Shown here in pieces: positions 13,080 through 27,556 of a DNA stretch of 64,000 bases (the stretch's first letter is position 1; each line of letters begins with the position of its first letter). Position numbers and translations under genes: made by a program. This stretch comes from Eledone cirrhosa. Lineage: Eukaryota. The notes under the pieces were generated by a model that saw nothing but the letters and a program-made list of their open reading frames with translations, had not been told where the DNA came from and made no database searches. The DNA is taken from NCBI GenBank assembly GCA_964016885.1, contig OZ024740.1, forward strand, positions 241,738,001 to 241,802,000. Direction: 5' to 3'.

Positions 13080-13253
13080 TGAAAGGTCCATAGGCTGACT
13101 CTGAAGGAATGATGCTAGAACTGTGAAATCTTGTATGCATTAATTTCAACTCTTATTATTATTGTTACTTTTCATGGACAATATTGAAAAATAAGCTCAT
13201 CTTGGTTAGCCCATGTCAAATTCAGCCTATGGACCTTTCAGCCTACCATCGTA
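13080..13253. mobile_element. Mariner-type MITE, decayed copy of the 41125-41320 family
   Basis: Inverted ends tgaaaggtccataggctga / tcagcctatggacctttca; internal similarity to the 41.1-kb copy. Confidence 0.65.
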
Positions 13254-13491
13254 CATGTAACCCCCCAACACAGACTCTTCAGCTGTAACCACATCATATG
13301 ATTGTGTATTCGGTATTATAATGAAAAAATATACCCTTCCTCTCCATGCGGGTGATATGGCAGGTCTTGTAACCACGTAGTAACTCATCGTTAGCTTGAT
13401 AAGTATATTTCTATATTTTTATTAAGGAAACATAATGGAAGTTAAAATGAATATTAATATGTAATCTGACATTTTATTTTTAAAATTTAAA

Positions 13492-14075
13492 TCACCTATG
13501 GTAGAATCGGGTCCTGGAAGAAGGATTTGTAGATTTACACAGGAGTTTCACAAAATCTTCATGACTGACATCCATATATCGAACATCCGGGATATGAAAA
13601 TAGTAACTCAGATTAGTTGCCATACTTCTGGCCAAACTTCTATTAACCGACGATCCAAAAGTTATTATAAAGAATGAGAGAAAATTCTTATATTTTGATT
13701 TTAAATGTTCAATCTTCTCTTTGAGTTCTTCCAAAGGTTCAGCACTTTCGTCAATGAATATTATCAAAAGAATTCGTTTCTGTCTGTCTAGCCTTCCTTT
13801 TGCTAACAAACTTAGGAAGCTTTCTATCACCCCAGCTTGTTTATAAAAACGAAAATTACTGATATGTTTTATGACCGTATCTATGTGATAACTCGGATAT
13901 ATGTCTTGTTGACCTATAACGCCAAAATTTGCTCCAACTGCAAATTCTGCGTTAGTTTCTTTCAGCATTGTAGAAGCTTCCACAACAAAATTAATAATCT
14001 TGGAAGAAATCTTCTGACTATAACTCGGAGTATCGACAAGGAACTGTAACTTGACATTGTGCAATACTGAACAAT
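13492..14075 (-). CDS. Secreted double-VWA protein, coding exon 5 (degenerate VWA domain 2 and stop)
   Basis: Acceptor tttctgttttcag, phase 1; open 584 nt with VWA pattern LQFLVD...FGVI...ILLIIFID...IITFG...LARSMAT; TGA at 13492-13494; AATAAA at 13473-13478 (-). Confidence 0.8.
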
Positions 14076-15377
14076 CTGAAAACAGAAAAAGCAAAGTTCA
14101 AGAAACAATATATTCTAGACGTTTCAGTTTCAATTTATTTCAACTTATATCAAATGCTTTTTTATTGAACTGTATGCGCGATCACATACGCATCTCTTGA
14201 CACATTTATATAGACATCTTTATGTTTCACTGATATTTTACGTGCATTCATTCTAGAAGAAAAACAAAATCCATCTGGATAACGTTAATTTGGATTAATG
14301 CTCAGTTTAAAAAGTGAAATCCAGCTGTTAAAGAGAAGTAAGACACTAAGAGGAATGGGTTCATTCTAGAGGTGAATCACATTAAGATGGTGGAAGGAAG
14401 AGAGGTAGATTTAGTTGGATTTGGTGTTATTCAGATAGCAAATTCGGCGGTGGAGGCAGAACACATAGTAGTAATTAAATAAAATACAAAACAGCTAAAA
14501 CATCACTGCAATTAATTGGAAATTAATGGTAAATGAAAGTTAGTTATTGAAATTAAGCTTTTTTTTAGTCATGGACAGTCTTGTTCACGTTGGTCTTGAT
14601 CGAAGAAACTTATCATAGAAACCATTTCAGTCATGATCGTCCATTCTTTTTTCCTGAAAATATTGAACCCCGGATCTCAATATCCAATATCCCCTTTTTA
14701 AGGAAGTATCAGTGGTTTGAAGTGGATTTGGCTGCTATTGTCAGTAAGACGTACAACCACGTAGACCTTCCCTTGCTAGTGTGTTCTAGAGTTTGAGTTT
14801 AAATTGAAAGAGAAACATGTGCGATGCCTGAACATATTCCCATTGCATGATGTTATGATGCAACACTGAATCTTTGTTCCTTTATTTCTATAGTACTATA
14901 CTCAATAGCGTCAAAGGGTGAAGGACATGAAGAGGGTCGCCGGCCATCCAATAAAATATTTTTATTTTGTGGAGCGAGAGACTCATTGTCTTCATTAAGA
15001 CATGCCTCTTGGAGAAGGTCACTCTGATATATAACTTGCAACATCATTTGCATCTAATGATGGAGACCAGTTCTACTGTTTGGGTAAATGCATTCGATGT
15101 TCAGAGAGTAGGATTGGTTCCGTGCAAAGCCTTTCCTCACTTAAAAAGCCTCAAGCACAGGCATCGCTTGATATGTGTCATTTTGCGATGCATGGCATTG
15201 CTGGCCATAGGCTGGTTCCTAGCAGGACTAGGAAGCCATGTCCGTGATGCTCATGCTTAAGTATCAAGCGATGGGATTACCCGAAATCGAGTTGCAGCCA
15301 TCATGTATATATATATGTAGGTATGTATGTATGTGTCTAAGAACATATGTATGTATATATATATATATACACGTATG

Positions 15378-15472
<95 letters not shown>

Positions 15473-15534
15473 AAATATATATATATATATATGTATGTAT
15501 AAATATATATATATATATATGTATGTATAAATAT

Positions 15535-15565
<31 letters not shown>

Positions 15566-15698
15566 CAGTACAGAATTAGCCGTCGAAACGGCTTGAGCTC
15601 AGCCGTCGGGGTCTTACTTGTTCCTATATATATATATGTATAAATATATATATATATATATATGTATGTATAAATATATATATATATATATATGTATG

Positions 15699-15732
<34 letters not shown>

Positions 15733-15809
15733 TAAATATAAATATATATAAATATATGTATAAATATATATATATGTATAAATATATATATATATATATG
15801 TATAAATAT

Positions 15810-15974
<165 letters not shown>

Positions 15975-16081
15975 TTATTAAAATAACAGATTAAAGTTTA
16001 AGCAAAGAATCGCTGCATTCACCCTTTGGATTTTAGTCTTCAATTTTATTATTATTACTATATATATATATATATATATAT

Positions 16082-16659
16082 ATGTAAGTATGTATGTATG
16101 TATACATACATACATATATGTATACAGACGTACAGTAGTATGTATATATATACATACATGCATACATATATATATATATGCACGTATCGGTTTACCGAAC
16201 ATTTATTATAATGATCGGTTTGTTTGTTTGTAAACAAACAAACAGCCCGAATTACGCCGTACAGTGTTTAGGCAACCACGTCACCTTTTTGTTCAACACT
16301 GACACAGGAACGATGTACTAGTTTCAAGCTTATTAGCTATCGTCAGCATCGTATACCTTCCTGCCAGATGGCTGAACGTCTGAAAGTATATACTTTCCTT
16401 ATGCATATTAACGGCTGAGCAGCCTAATTTGCATATCGAGTGAGTTTAGTCGGCTGGGCGCACCGAAAACGATAAACAAACAAACCGAGCATTATAATAA
16501 ATGTTCGGTATACGTGCATGTATGTGTGTATGTATGTATATATATATACATACTACTGTACGTCTGTTAACATATATGTATGTACGTATACATACATACT
16601 TACATTTAAGTAAATGCCGGTCTAAGAGTGAGAAATGAAATTTCGTTTCACTCTATTCC

Positions 16660-16662
<3 letters not shown>
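16082..16662. mobile_element. Partial ~490-bp HHR repeat plus an inverted partial copy
   Basis: 16082-16475 matches the repeat unit; 16476-16662 is inverted; both sides flanked by (TA)n. Confidence 0.8.
16310..16352 (-). ncRNA. Type I minimal hammerhead ribozyme, sense to the host-gene intron
   Basis: Same motif as 10816-10858. Confidence 0.85.
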
Positions 16663-16715
<53 letters not shown>

Positions 16716-16785
16716 AGACACTGGAAGCTAATATCCGTAGTGGTAGAGCACTCAGTCCATGGGACGAGTTAGGTAGTAATGTTTA

Positions 16786-16824
16786 CTAGCTGAGGATCCG
16801 CTAAGGTGAAACAATTGTTCTCGG
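16786..16824 (+). ncRNA. Minimal hammerhead motif at the 5' side of the Penelope-like element
   Basis: ctag-CTGAGGA-tcc(gctaa)ggt-GAAA-caatt-GTT-ctcg; palindromic stem III ACAATTGT. Confidence 0.6.
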
Positions 16825-17934
16825 CATGGTGAACTAACTGTTGTGTACCCACTTCTTAAACTCTAATTTGTCACTACTCACCAACAAACTTAATTCTACA
16901 AGTGAAGAAACAATCCCCAAATACACTGCCTGTGAAATCAACGACAATATCAACAACTTATGTGAAACAATAAAAACACACCTGAATAACAATACAAATC
17001 CTATTCAAGCAAACGTAAAAACACATGACACTAATACACTTACAACTTACCAAATAAAAATCAAATTAATACCACAATCGTACACATCTCTTAAACACAG
17101 GAAATTCTCGTTTTGGAAGATGATACAAAATAATAACAAAGCAGGGATCTGAAAATTGGATTAACTCATCCACATTAATCCTTCCCCGCAAACTACAAAT
17201 TAAATCCATCCCAAACGAACCCGAGACACAAAGACGCCTCAGGGAAAGGATGGCACTTGATAACATAAAAACCGAAATTGAACTCCTTAAAATGAGAGCC
17301 CAAGCAAATGAAGATAGGATCAAATCAATCGATGATGAGATTAATCAAGCAATTATCAATAAAACTAAAGATACTACCCTAGAAAATATTTCAAAATTAT
17401 AGTTAGAAGACTGTAATAAGGAAGAATTAAAATCCCTTCAACGTTGGGAAATAAAACGTAACCTGGTTCTCTAGCTATGGAACACTTTTCCAAAAAGAAC
17501 ACACATCCAACAACCCCTTCATTAAAACCACAATAACAAGAGAACCCAATCACCACCCAAACGCCATCCAACAACCAACAACAACAAAAAAAAAACAATA
17601 CCTCTCCACATACCAAAAAAAAAGAAGGCATCACCTCGCCCCTACCTCCTACACCCTCCACATAGCTACCACACGGATTCCCAAGCAACAAATATAGTAA
17701 TAGAGAAACATCAGCTACAAGGTAAACACTACAACTTCTCTCCCACCAGGAGAAACCATAGAATCCCCCACACTTACAACCCTCCTAACATCCCCACACA
17801 ACAAACCCACAACCATCATTACTTTCAACATAGAAACCAAAATACACAACCACCACACATGCCACACAGGGTCGCACAACCACACACCGACTATAAGGAA
17901 ACCCTAATCTACCCTTCTCAACTAACCACATCCT

Positions 17935-18330
17935 ACTACTACAACAACACCAGCAGGGGTCAATACAACCACACGAGACACCTTAACCACTACAACCACC
18001 ATAAGTACACACCATACAACAACAACAGCAGGACTCAATATAACCACACAAGACAACCCAACTACAATTACCACCAATTCTACACACACTACAACAACAG
18101 CAAGGCTCAACACAACCATAAGATACAACCTAACTTCAACAACCACCACAACTTCACACTCTATAACACGTCCATCAAGTTTACACACCCTACAACAACA
18201 GCAGGGCTCAATACAACCACACAATACAACCTAACTTCAACAACCACCACAGCTACATACACTCTAACAAAAACAGCTGGGCCAATACAACCATAAGAGA
18301 CATCCAAACTTCAACAACCACCACAACTTC
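17935..18330 (+). repeat. Degenerate ~75-bp tandem repeats in the N-terminal region of the PLE ORF
   Basis: Recurrent tacaacaacagcagg.ctcaat.caaccacacaa blocks encoding N/H/Y-rich repeats. Confidence 0.7.
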
Positions 18331-21099
18331 GGTAGTCATTTTATAGACACAGCACACAGACACAGGGTAACAAGATAACACAAAACACACAGGAGACACA
18401 GAATGTAATAAAAATCGTTAATTTAACCTCTAAAGAATTAACAACAGAGCAAATCAACATACTCTCCAAAGGTGTAAAATTTACACCAACTCCCCAACGA
18501 CCAAACTACCCTGAAATGAAGGAAGATATTGCAGAATTCTGTAGAAAACTAAGATTCAGCGAGCAACTATACGACAAATACAATGAGGATGACTCAATAG
18601 CCAGAAATAGAAGCAACTACACCCCACCAAAAGGCAAGAACAAATTCCTCGATCAATTCTGCGAACACATTACTAATTACCCATAACACCACCTACACAG
18701 ACATAAACAAAAACCAAACCTAAGCAAAAAAGAATGGAATGGTCTTAACAGTCTAAAGAATGATAAACCCTAACAATCAAAGAGGCAGATAAAGGGAGTG
18801 CAGTAGTCCTTATGAATACAGATCACAACACGACTCTAGTACTCTCAACTCTAGAAAACCAAACATTAGACGAAAAGGCCCAACGCTACACACAACAGAA
18901 AATAATGAGAAACCTAAAATCCCTAACAACCCTTTACAAGGAAGGCCTTACCGACAAGGAATACAACTACATCACCAATTTCAAAAGCAGAACCAGCCTC
19001 TTCTACGGTATCCCAAAGACACACAAAAGCGAAGTAATAGGCAGGGCCTGCAAGGAAGCCACAGACATTTACATCAATATACCCCTCCTGATGACGACCT
19101 TAAATTAAGACCCATAATAGCAGGTACCAAATGAGAAACCCACCTCCTAAGCAACTTCCTAGATATTCTGCTTAAACCTTTCCTAAAACACATAAAAAGC
19201 TTCATAAGGGACGACCTTGACATGCTCAACCACCTCCCAACAACACTTAATAATGAACATACCATACTAGTAACCTTTGATGTCATCAATTTATATTCCA
19301 ATATCCCACACAACCAAGGTATAGAGGCAATACAATTCTGGCTTGAAAATTTCCCTAGTGAACTTCCACAGCGCATCCCTAAAGAATTTGTGTTGGAGGG
19401 ACTCAAATTCATCTTGGAAAACAACTTCTTCGAATTCGATGCCAAATACTACAGACAGAAATCTGGGACTGCCATGGGCATGAAAGTAGCCCCCTCATAC
19501 GCCAACCTTGTCATGGGATATTTGGAAACCACTCTCTACCGCAGAGTTCTAGACAAATACGGTAACAACTTCTACCTACACATAGAAAAAAACTAGAAGA
19601 GATATCTGGACGACTGCTTCATCGTCTGGCATGAAAGTATAGATAGAATGATTGAGTTTAAAACCCTTCTAAATGGACTCACACAAACTTACACTTTACA
19701 ATGGAATACAGCCATTAACAACTCCCTTTCCTCGACATCCTCATCAAGAAATCAAACAACAAAATAGAAACAGACATATACTACAAACCCACAGACTCCA
19801 AACAATACCATCCATTCAACTCGTGCCACCCTCGCCATACCAAAATGGCAATTCCTTATAACCTAGCCAGAAGGTTCTGTACAATAATTTGAGATAAATA
19901 CACTTGCTAAACACGACAAGAAGAATTAAAGAACACACTTATCAGCAGAAACTACCCACCATCCCTAATCAACAATAGATTCCAACCTGCCCTAAATCTC
20001 AACATCCAGGAACTCAGACACCCCAAACCCAGGAATGAACCACAGCAGAAAACTCTACCATACATTTCCACACACAATCCCCCTCAACAATGAGGCATTC
20101 GACACCATCCTCCAGAACATTCCTTTACTAAAAAGAGACTCAAGAATGAACAAAATCCCCCAAACACACAACACCATAAAGAGCAAAAGACAACCTAAAT
20201 CCATAAAAAAACATCCTCACACAAGCCAAAATCCAACCAACCCTCACAATGAACCCTACAGTAAAAAAATGCGGAATACTCAACAGTGGCATATGCATAC
20301 ATCTTATAGAAGGTTCAATATTCCATTTTAAACAAGGACAGCATTTCACAGTTAAACACAACTTTACATGTGCATCTGAAAACCTAATCTATGTTTTGAC
20401 CTGCTCAGGTTGTCAAGAGCACTACATAGGACAGACAAAAAACAGCCTCCGACAACGTATGACCGTCCATAGATCACAAATCAAAATACAGGAATACAGA
20501 AAGATTGCGTTTAGTGTACATATCGCCAATTGTGCACCTAACCAACATCCAAACTTAAAAATTTTCCCCATTTACAAATTCATAGACAACGCTACTTTCA
20601 TCCATCGTACAAATAAGGAAAAGTACTTCATTAACAAATTCCAACCTCTACTTAATGGACTAAATTCGGACTAAACTAAAACTGGAACGAACAATGAACC
20701 AAAACCAAATCCCTGTTCATCTAAAGAGTTACCTCCCTACACCCTACCTAATCATTTTTCTTATATAAATTGTATACGCTCTCTCACTTCTCTCTCACCT
20801 ACCTGACCTGAATTACCTCCCCCTGCATATTAACTCTCTAAAAAGGGAAATCATATCTAACCCCAGACTACCATTTGCCTGCATCATGGATCAACTAAGC
20901 ACTCTTGCCATAATAACACATTTTGAACTGCTTATCTCCAAGAACTATGCCTGTAAATAATATTATTTTTTATTTCCCATTACCCTATTATGTTCCACAT
21001 TACCCCCCTTTGTTTCTTTTTTCTTTTCACTTCAAAAACCTTGTTTGTAAATAACATGTTCAACATCACCAACATTTTACACCAATACAAATTCCCCCC

Positions 21100-21135
21100 T
21101 TTTGATAATGCATAAAATGCTGAAACCGGTAATAG
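21100..21135 (+). ncRNA. Hammerhead-like motif (U3-A8 variant) in the PLE 3' terminal repeat
   Basis: TTGATAA-tgcat(aaa)atgct-GAAA-ccg-GTA; palindromic stem III ACCGGT; stem I poor. Confidence 0.55.
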
Positions 21136-21497
21136 ACAATTATTAAATATATAAATAAATAAATAAATGCCATTGTTAATTAATAAATAAATTAACTAAT
21201 ACCTCAACACTTCACACAAAGTAAAATATTTTGTTTTAAACATTTTCTAACCCAGAAAACAGAGAAAAACATAAAAAGGAAAAAAAAATATTTTTCTTCC
21301 TAATAATCGTGTTTTTCTCCCTATTTTCACGTATATATATATCTATCCCAACTCGTGTGCCCCTGTATGTATGTATGTATGTATATGTATGTATGGTTAT
21401 GTATTTGTTTTGCAAGTACCTTGACATAAAATCGTATGTTGAAACCGATATGGTTATATTTGGAGGTGGTCATGTTGCCAATAAAAAGAAGCTAGTC

Positions 21498-21732
21498 ATT
21501 CGTTAGTTCGTCGAATTCCTTTCCTCACACATTCTGTGACCTCCTTAATGATTATCTTTTCTCTTCTGTGCCTCCTCTGCTTTCTGGTCTTAATCTTGTC
21601 TTTTTGACAAAACAAGAAACAAGATGGAATAACAGATTAAGACCAGAAAGAAGAAGAGGCACAACATAGAACAGATACTGATTGAGGAGGTTACAGAATG
21701 TGTGACAAAAGAAGTTTGACGAACTAATGAAT
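21498..21732. repeat. Diverged inverted repeat with ~100-bp arms
   Basis: attcgttagttcgtc...tctggtcttaatct versus agattaagaccaga...gacgaactaatgaat. Confidence 0.75.
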
Positions 21733-21758
21733 AAATAGTAATATAAATAAGATAAATC

Positions 21759-21853
<95 letters not shown>

Positions 21854-22494
21854 TTGGGTGATTCAGTAGATCACCTTTTTAAAAATTGTCTTTATATTAT
21901 GAATAATCGAAGTTAGGAAAAAGCTTGACCTACGACCATTATACATTTGATGGATCTGAATATAAATCGGTCAAGAACTATTTGAATATTCTCCATTCCC
22001 GTGTTATTTCCTCGCTACATAACATTTTGTTAGAATGACAAATCTAAGGGACTATACTCTTCTTAGCAAATTTCTGAGTTATACAAGGGACTGCACTCTT
22101 ATTTCAATTAACTACACAGAAAGCTAAATATGTAGAGGGATTCTTTTCTTAAATGAAATGTTAAAAAACATAACTAATACATTTACTGCTAATTTAGTTT
22201 TATATTATTGCTTGGAAACAGCAAAAAAAAAACAAAAAAAAACAAAACAAAAAAAACAGCTGTGTTGAGGAGATGAATACTGGCACGTATTTCGGTGTTG
22301 AGATGTAACGCGCGTACGCTCGCACACAAACACACACATACACACACACAAAAATCAAACACCGCAGAGCTGTTTTATTATATGACCGTGGTGTGTGTGT
22401 GGGGGGGGGGGGGGGTTAAAGTCTAGTGTAAGCAAGCAGATGTTTAAAACATCTGCTAACATCTATGTTTTAAAATTTACATGTAACTAAATAT

Positions 22495-22681
22495 AATTGT
22501 TTCTACTTTTGGCACAAGGCCAGCAATTACCCAGTACATTACTGGTACTTTATTTTATCGACCCCGTAAGGATGAAAGGAAAAGTTAACCTCGGCAGGAT
22601 TTGAACTCAGAATGAATAGGGCCGTAACTCTATGCGTCATAGCATGGCGTCCGACCCTCTACCGACACTGCCAATCCACCC
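22495..22681 (-). mobile_element. tRNA-derived SINE with Nin/Deu-like domain
   Basis: A box TGGCAGTGTCGG, B box GAGTTCAAATCC, central ctttcatccttacggggtcgataaa; TSD ctaaatataat. Confidence 0.85.
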
Positions 22682-22899
22682 TAAATATAATGTAAAATAA
22701 CTACATGCAAAAAAAAAACGCATTTCTCTGCAACTGAAATGTTTATATTTCGAAACTGGGAAGATTGGAAGTCATTAAATAAAGTTTATAACATATGTAT
22801 AGTAACATACGATGACCCTCTAAGAGGGACAAAATGGTTGTAATTATACCATTTTATTATCAATTTACTTTCAAACCTATCAATATCTGTCGAAATTAT

Positions 22900-24736
22900 T
22901 TTGCTTTGAGATCTACACAATTCTTAGTCGGCTTGGAATAAAAAGTAGGGTAGTGGGATCTCAAAGTATACATGATCCTCCTGGACTTGGCCAGTAAGTT
23001 GGTGGTCCTGGATAAGTACAACATCGATGGTTGTGCATTTAGACTGGTGGACGTCTGGAAGCCTTTCTTAGAACGTCTCACCTGTTAGCGGGAGCCTAGA
23101 ACGGCATTTGGTGTAACTGATAAAAGCGTGTGGTGCAAAAGCCTTAAAAACCTGATTTCCTGAATGCGATAGTGTGGGATTGGAGCCATCACATAGTCAT
23201 CTAGATCGTATTTAGATAGGTTTTTCATTTAGATTAGCAGATAAGGATAGTGTAGGATACCCACAGCTACAGACGGTTGCCTGCTCAAATCACACATTCT
23301 GCATGGTCGACCTAGATAGAACACATAAACAGGGACCCGGTTACTGGAGGTTTAACGCTCCATTTCCGGTGTGTAAAGCCTACAGTGAGCGAATTAGCAT
23401 TTTAGTTGAGCAACAGTTGACAGTATCAATCGTCTATAACAGGTAGTGGTGTGCTCTCAAGAGAATGATTAGAGTAGAATCAATAGTTTTAAATAAAGAA
23501 GTAGCAAAAGAAATAGAGCAGAGGGTAGAGGGGTTATTAGCTAAACTAGAACAGACGATCAGGCGTGATATTGCAACCGACGCTGCTAGAATGGCATTAG
23601 ACCATTTCATCAATGCAAAAGACGAAGTTTGCATTGCAAGAGTTAAGGCAGAGGCTCTAACACACGAGGGAACGAAATTGTTCGATGGGCTTGAGTTGCA
23701 GAGGCGCAGCGTGTCAATTTTTCGGTCTTTGACCAACCGAGACGGACGCGTGCTGCTCGAGTAAGCGGGGAGGCCGAGATGGTGATATATTGTATCTCCT
23801 ATACCGACGGCCTGTCACGACACTCGACTGAAGGTGTGGAGTGCTGTGAAAAGCCGATAACAACAACCAAGATACGAGAAACTCTAGACTGCTGTACGAA
23901 ATGTAGATTACCTGGTTTGGGTGGTTTACACTACGCATTTTACTTAGATATGATAGACTTGTTTGCCAATATCATCGCAGCTCTCAACTGCAGCTGGCGG
24001 CAGAATGGTAGAATTACCAGTTTTGTAAGCCGAGGAGTAGTATCACTGATGAGGTAATACGCGAAAATGGGGGTGTAAGTGAAAATTTCCGACCCATGGC
24101 TCTGCCCAACACAGAGTTGAAGATTTTGGCAATGGTGTTACTTTGAAGCTGTCCTCCAGGAAACCGGTTTTGGTCTCGTCTTCAGAAGCTGGATCGCTCA
24201 AATGATAGGGCCACCTGCTTGGTAGTCAGAGTAGATGGCCGTCTGTTGGAACTGTTTCGGATAGAGCGTTTAATCCATGAGGGTGCCCTATACCCTCTCG
24301 TCTGCATGTATGACTCTCGAGCCATTACTGTGACACTGGAGCTATTGAAGGGATTTACGATCGAGCCGGGCGAGGAAATGATGCATCAGTATATACAGAC
24401 GACGTCACCCTAATGATGTCGAATATTTCAGAAATCGAGGTCGTCGGCAAATTCTTAGAGAAATATGAAAAGTTGTCTCAATTCACCAGCCTGGAGCATC
24501 TACTCTTCCACTTCTTGTGGAATGGACAGGTACCTCTTATGGGTGAATTTAACGACGGTGACCCAAGTGAATAAGCCTACTCAGAGCGTGCACCTGCAGG
24601 ATGGAGAGTTTTAAAGGGAAAGGGGTACTTTTCTATGGTGCTCATGACGATCAAGATGGATTCGGACTTCTGTGGTTCATAAATTATCACTTTATGTCCC
24701 TTTATGTTTCTGACCTAGTGGCCAATAGAGACAGAA
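22900..24736 (+). mobile_element. Old, degraded Tx1/L1-type LINE (EN-RT remnants and 3' end)
   Basis: QGPGYWRFNA, CCEKPIT...LPGLGGLHY, VSRGVVSL similar to the 29-32 kb element; ends in (ATT)n. Confidence 0.8.
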
Positions 24737-24753
24737 TTATTATTATTATTATT

Positions 24754-25963
24754 ATGTCCCCTCTCGTCCCTCTTGTACGTATTGACTCACGAACCATTAC
24801 TACACAAACTGGACACGTTGAGGGGCATCCCGCACAAACTGGGGTGTGGGAGAACCGGTCCAGCGTATGCCGACGACGTCACCGTATTGGGGTCAAGCGC
24901 CAAACATATAGAGGCGACAGGTACTACTCTAAGAGAATACGGGGCGGTGACAGGAGCAATGATTAATCAGGAAATGTCGGCGGGCCTGCGGCTCAGCCCC
25001 TAGAGTCCATACCGTCCGACAGCGTCGTCGGTCGCTGGCCAGACGGACCGGTTAAATTGTTAGTTGTCTGGTTCGGTCCGGCCAATCGGGCACTGCGATC
25101 GGTGGAAACTCCACCTTGGCGTTCTATAGAGGGCTAGGGGAGGGAAAGAGTGACGACGTCCTTGGGGAGACTCTTGGTGTCGATGAAAATAACTAGCCAA
25201 TCTCTTCCGGAGAACTTTCGGGCCGTGACCCATGGACAACTTCCAGAAATCTCTGGCCTGGAAGTGCTACCGAGGAGCTTTGCCAGTTTGGGATAAACTC
25301 TACAGGCATGGAAGTGCCGTTAGTAGGGCCTGTCCGGGGTGTGCAGCGCTGGACAATGAAACCGTCCTGCACGCACTCATCGAGTGTCCAAGTATTGCTG
25401 ACCAGCGGGTTTATGTCGAGCACCTGCTGTCGCGTATAAGACGGATTACCCCTCAGACTTACTTTAATCGGGAAGGGCAGGCAGTTTTGATATGCCAGCT
25501 GGCCATGGCGAAAGAGGTCGTGTGATGAACACGTTTGAAAGGGCTGAAGACGATCACTTACCTCTTCGACGAAACCCTGATTAACGTTTTCAGATTTCAC
25601 TTAAAGAGGAAAATAAAGGTGGAGAGCGAAGTGCTGCCTTCCAACCCGTTTGTTGAAAGGTGGGTGAAAGTGGTAAGTATGGTCCGTATGAATGGGCCTG
25701 CCTTGAGCATACGCCTGTAAATTGGAGTAGAAAAACTGAGAGAGGGCACTTTGCTTTAGCGGACAGGGTGACCATGGTTTTTGTGCGATTTCTACACGAG
25801 TGATCCTTTGTGTCTCCTTACCTTTGGGGAATTTGTTATGTTTGTTTTAAATGTTTATTTAAATGTATAAATTTTATTTTACTTGCAGAAACGTCCATTT
25901 TTACCGTCCTGTGCTGTCCTTAATGTTGTGATTTGTGTCAATCCTTGTGGTTAATAAATAAAA

Positions 25964-25964
<1 letters not shown>
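24754..25964 (+). mobile_element. 5'-truncated, internally deleted Tx1/L1-type LINE
   Basis: Close similarity to 30970-32700 (AYADDV; CPGC...HALIECP); begins and ends in (ATT)n. Confidence 0.9.
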
Positions 25965-26008
<44 letters not shown>

Positions 26009-26009
<1 letters not shown>

Positions 26010-26752
26010 GTTGCATTTATCTTGTTTTATGTTCATACGAGTTATCACCAAGTCACAACCAGTGACATCAAGAGACAACAAGGTCCGCCATGTTCAAGAA
26101 AGAACATACATACACACACATGCAACCTTAGGTGTTTAGTCTTGTGATGTACTTATATTGACAGAATCTTCCTTAGTATATGGGCAGTTCCCATTAGTAC
26201 TATCTTTTGTATTTCTCCTATACGGGGGTTTCCTGGGATTTGCGATAAGTAATCATTAGACCCCTTAGGTATCATTCCTAGAGCGCCTACAACCACTGGT
26301 ATTGTTTTAGTTCTCAATTTCCACATTTTTCCAATTTCTATCTCCAGGTCCTTATACTTGTTCAATTTTTAAAATGTTTTTATAGATACATTCTTGTCTA
26401 TTGGAACGGACATATCAATTAGCAGGCATGCCCTCTTTTTAAAGTCCTTCAGTATTATATCAGGTCTATTTGCATCTATTTTTCGGTCTGTTTGGATGCT
26501 AAATTTCCACAAGATTGAGATGTGATCTTTTTCAAGTATGGGAGGTGGTTGATGCTCCCACCAATTCTTTTGATGGGGCAGGTGAAAATGCTTACACATT
26601 ATCCAATGTATGTATTGTGCAGCTCTGTCATGCCTGTTTAGGTATTCGGTTGGAGCTATAGGACTGCACATTGAAATTATATGGTCAATGGTCTCTGGTT
26701 GTTTTTTACATACACGGCATAATGGGCTGCATCCATTTTTTATTATGTTGGC
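26009..26752 (-). mobile_element. 3' fragment of an REL-endonuclease non-LTR element (Dong/R4-like)
   Basis: CRVCKKQPETIDHIISMC zinc knuckle, RHD, RPDIILKD...LLIDMSVP, KYKDL, IPVVVGALG; flanked on both sides by (TAA)n. Confidence 0.88.
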
Positions 26753-26790
<38 letters not shown>

Positions 26791-26794
26791 GTTC

Positions 26795-27036
26795 TTTGAG
26801 TCTCAGTCATTGATGTCATTTCAACAAACTGGAAAGTTTGTTGAAATGAATATCAAGCCACTACCTGCAGCCTCAGATATTCAGGACGTATCGGAGGGTT
26901 CTTGCTGTACCCAGCAAGCATGCCTTTTGAAGCGTTCCAAAAAGTGTGGCGGGGCCAATTTTCTTTAACCATCCCTGGAAACCTTTTGAAATAGTACCTA
27001 GTGCGCCTATGACAATCGGGACCACTTTGACTTCAT

Positions 27037-27038
<2 letters not shown>
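26795..27038 (-). mobile_element. Second short REL-type 3' fragment
   Basis: VKVVPIVIGALGTISKG...LQKACLLGTARTLRYVLNI then stop; between (TAA)n tracts. Confidence 0.75.
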
Positions 27039-27114
<76 letters not shown>

Positions 27115-27556
27115 TTGGCGACCTACGTAGTAAATGGTATCATCATGAGCTCCGCAAAGGTTTGTTATTTTCAGTTGTTTAAAATTGCCATTTATGGAAA
27201 ATTTCATTGTTAACTGTATATAAGTGCACATACATTGTTATCTGAAAAGGACACCCAAAAAGATTGGGGCCTTGAGCCTAAAATGTTAACTTTTATAATT
27301 ATCAAACAAAAGTTTTTCTTTGAAAAATCATGGACGACTCAGAGTCACACCTTCCTCACAAATTAACACCTCACACCGACACCACCATTGTAAATATGAC
27401 TACGTTTGCCAACACTAAAAATATAAGGAGTAGCAATATTTTAAATTTGTCTCAGGCAGACATTCATTTCCCGCAATTACCAATGACTGCAGGTGTTAAA
27501 GCACCATAGCGACAACAGAAACAAAAGAAAAAAATAAATTAACTCGTGATATCGAA

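Larger units (their letters stand above)
16840..21230 (+). mobile_element. Penelope-like element (Neptune-type), near full length, pseudogenised RT plus GIY-YIG
   Basis: IKEADKGSAVV, FYGIPKTHK, LVTFDVINLYSNIPH, YRQKSGTAMG, RYLDD, LPFLD, then Cys linker and LIYVLTCSGCQEHYIGQT; several stops and frameshifts; ORF ends at 20674. Confidence 0.93.

Noticed and set aside
19132-19134. In-frame TGA at a position that may be Cys in related PLEs (possible selenocysteine)
   Set aside because: The same ORF has TAG and TAA stops and frameshifts, so decay explains it; no SECIS recognised.
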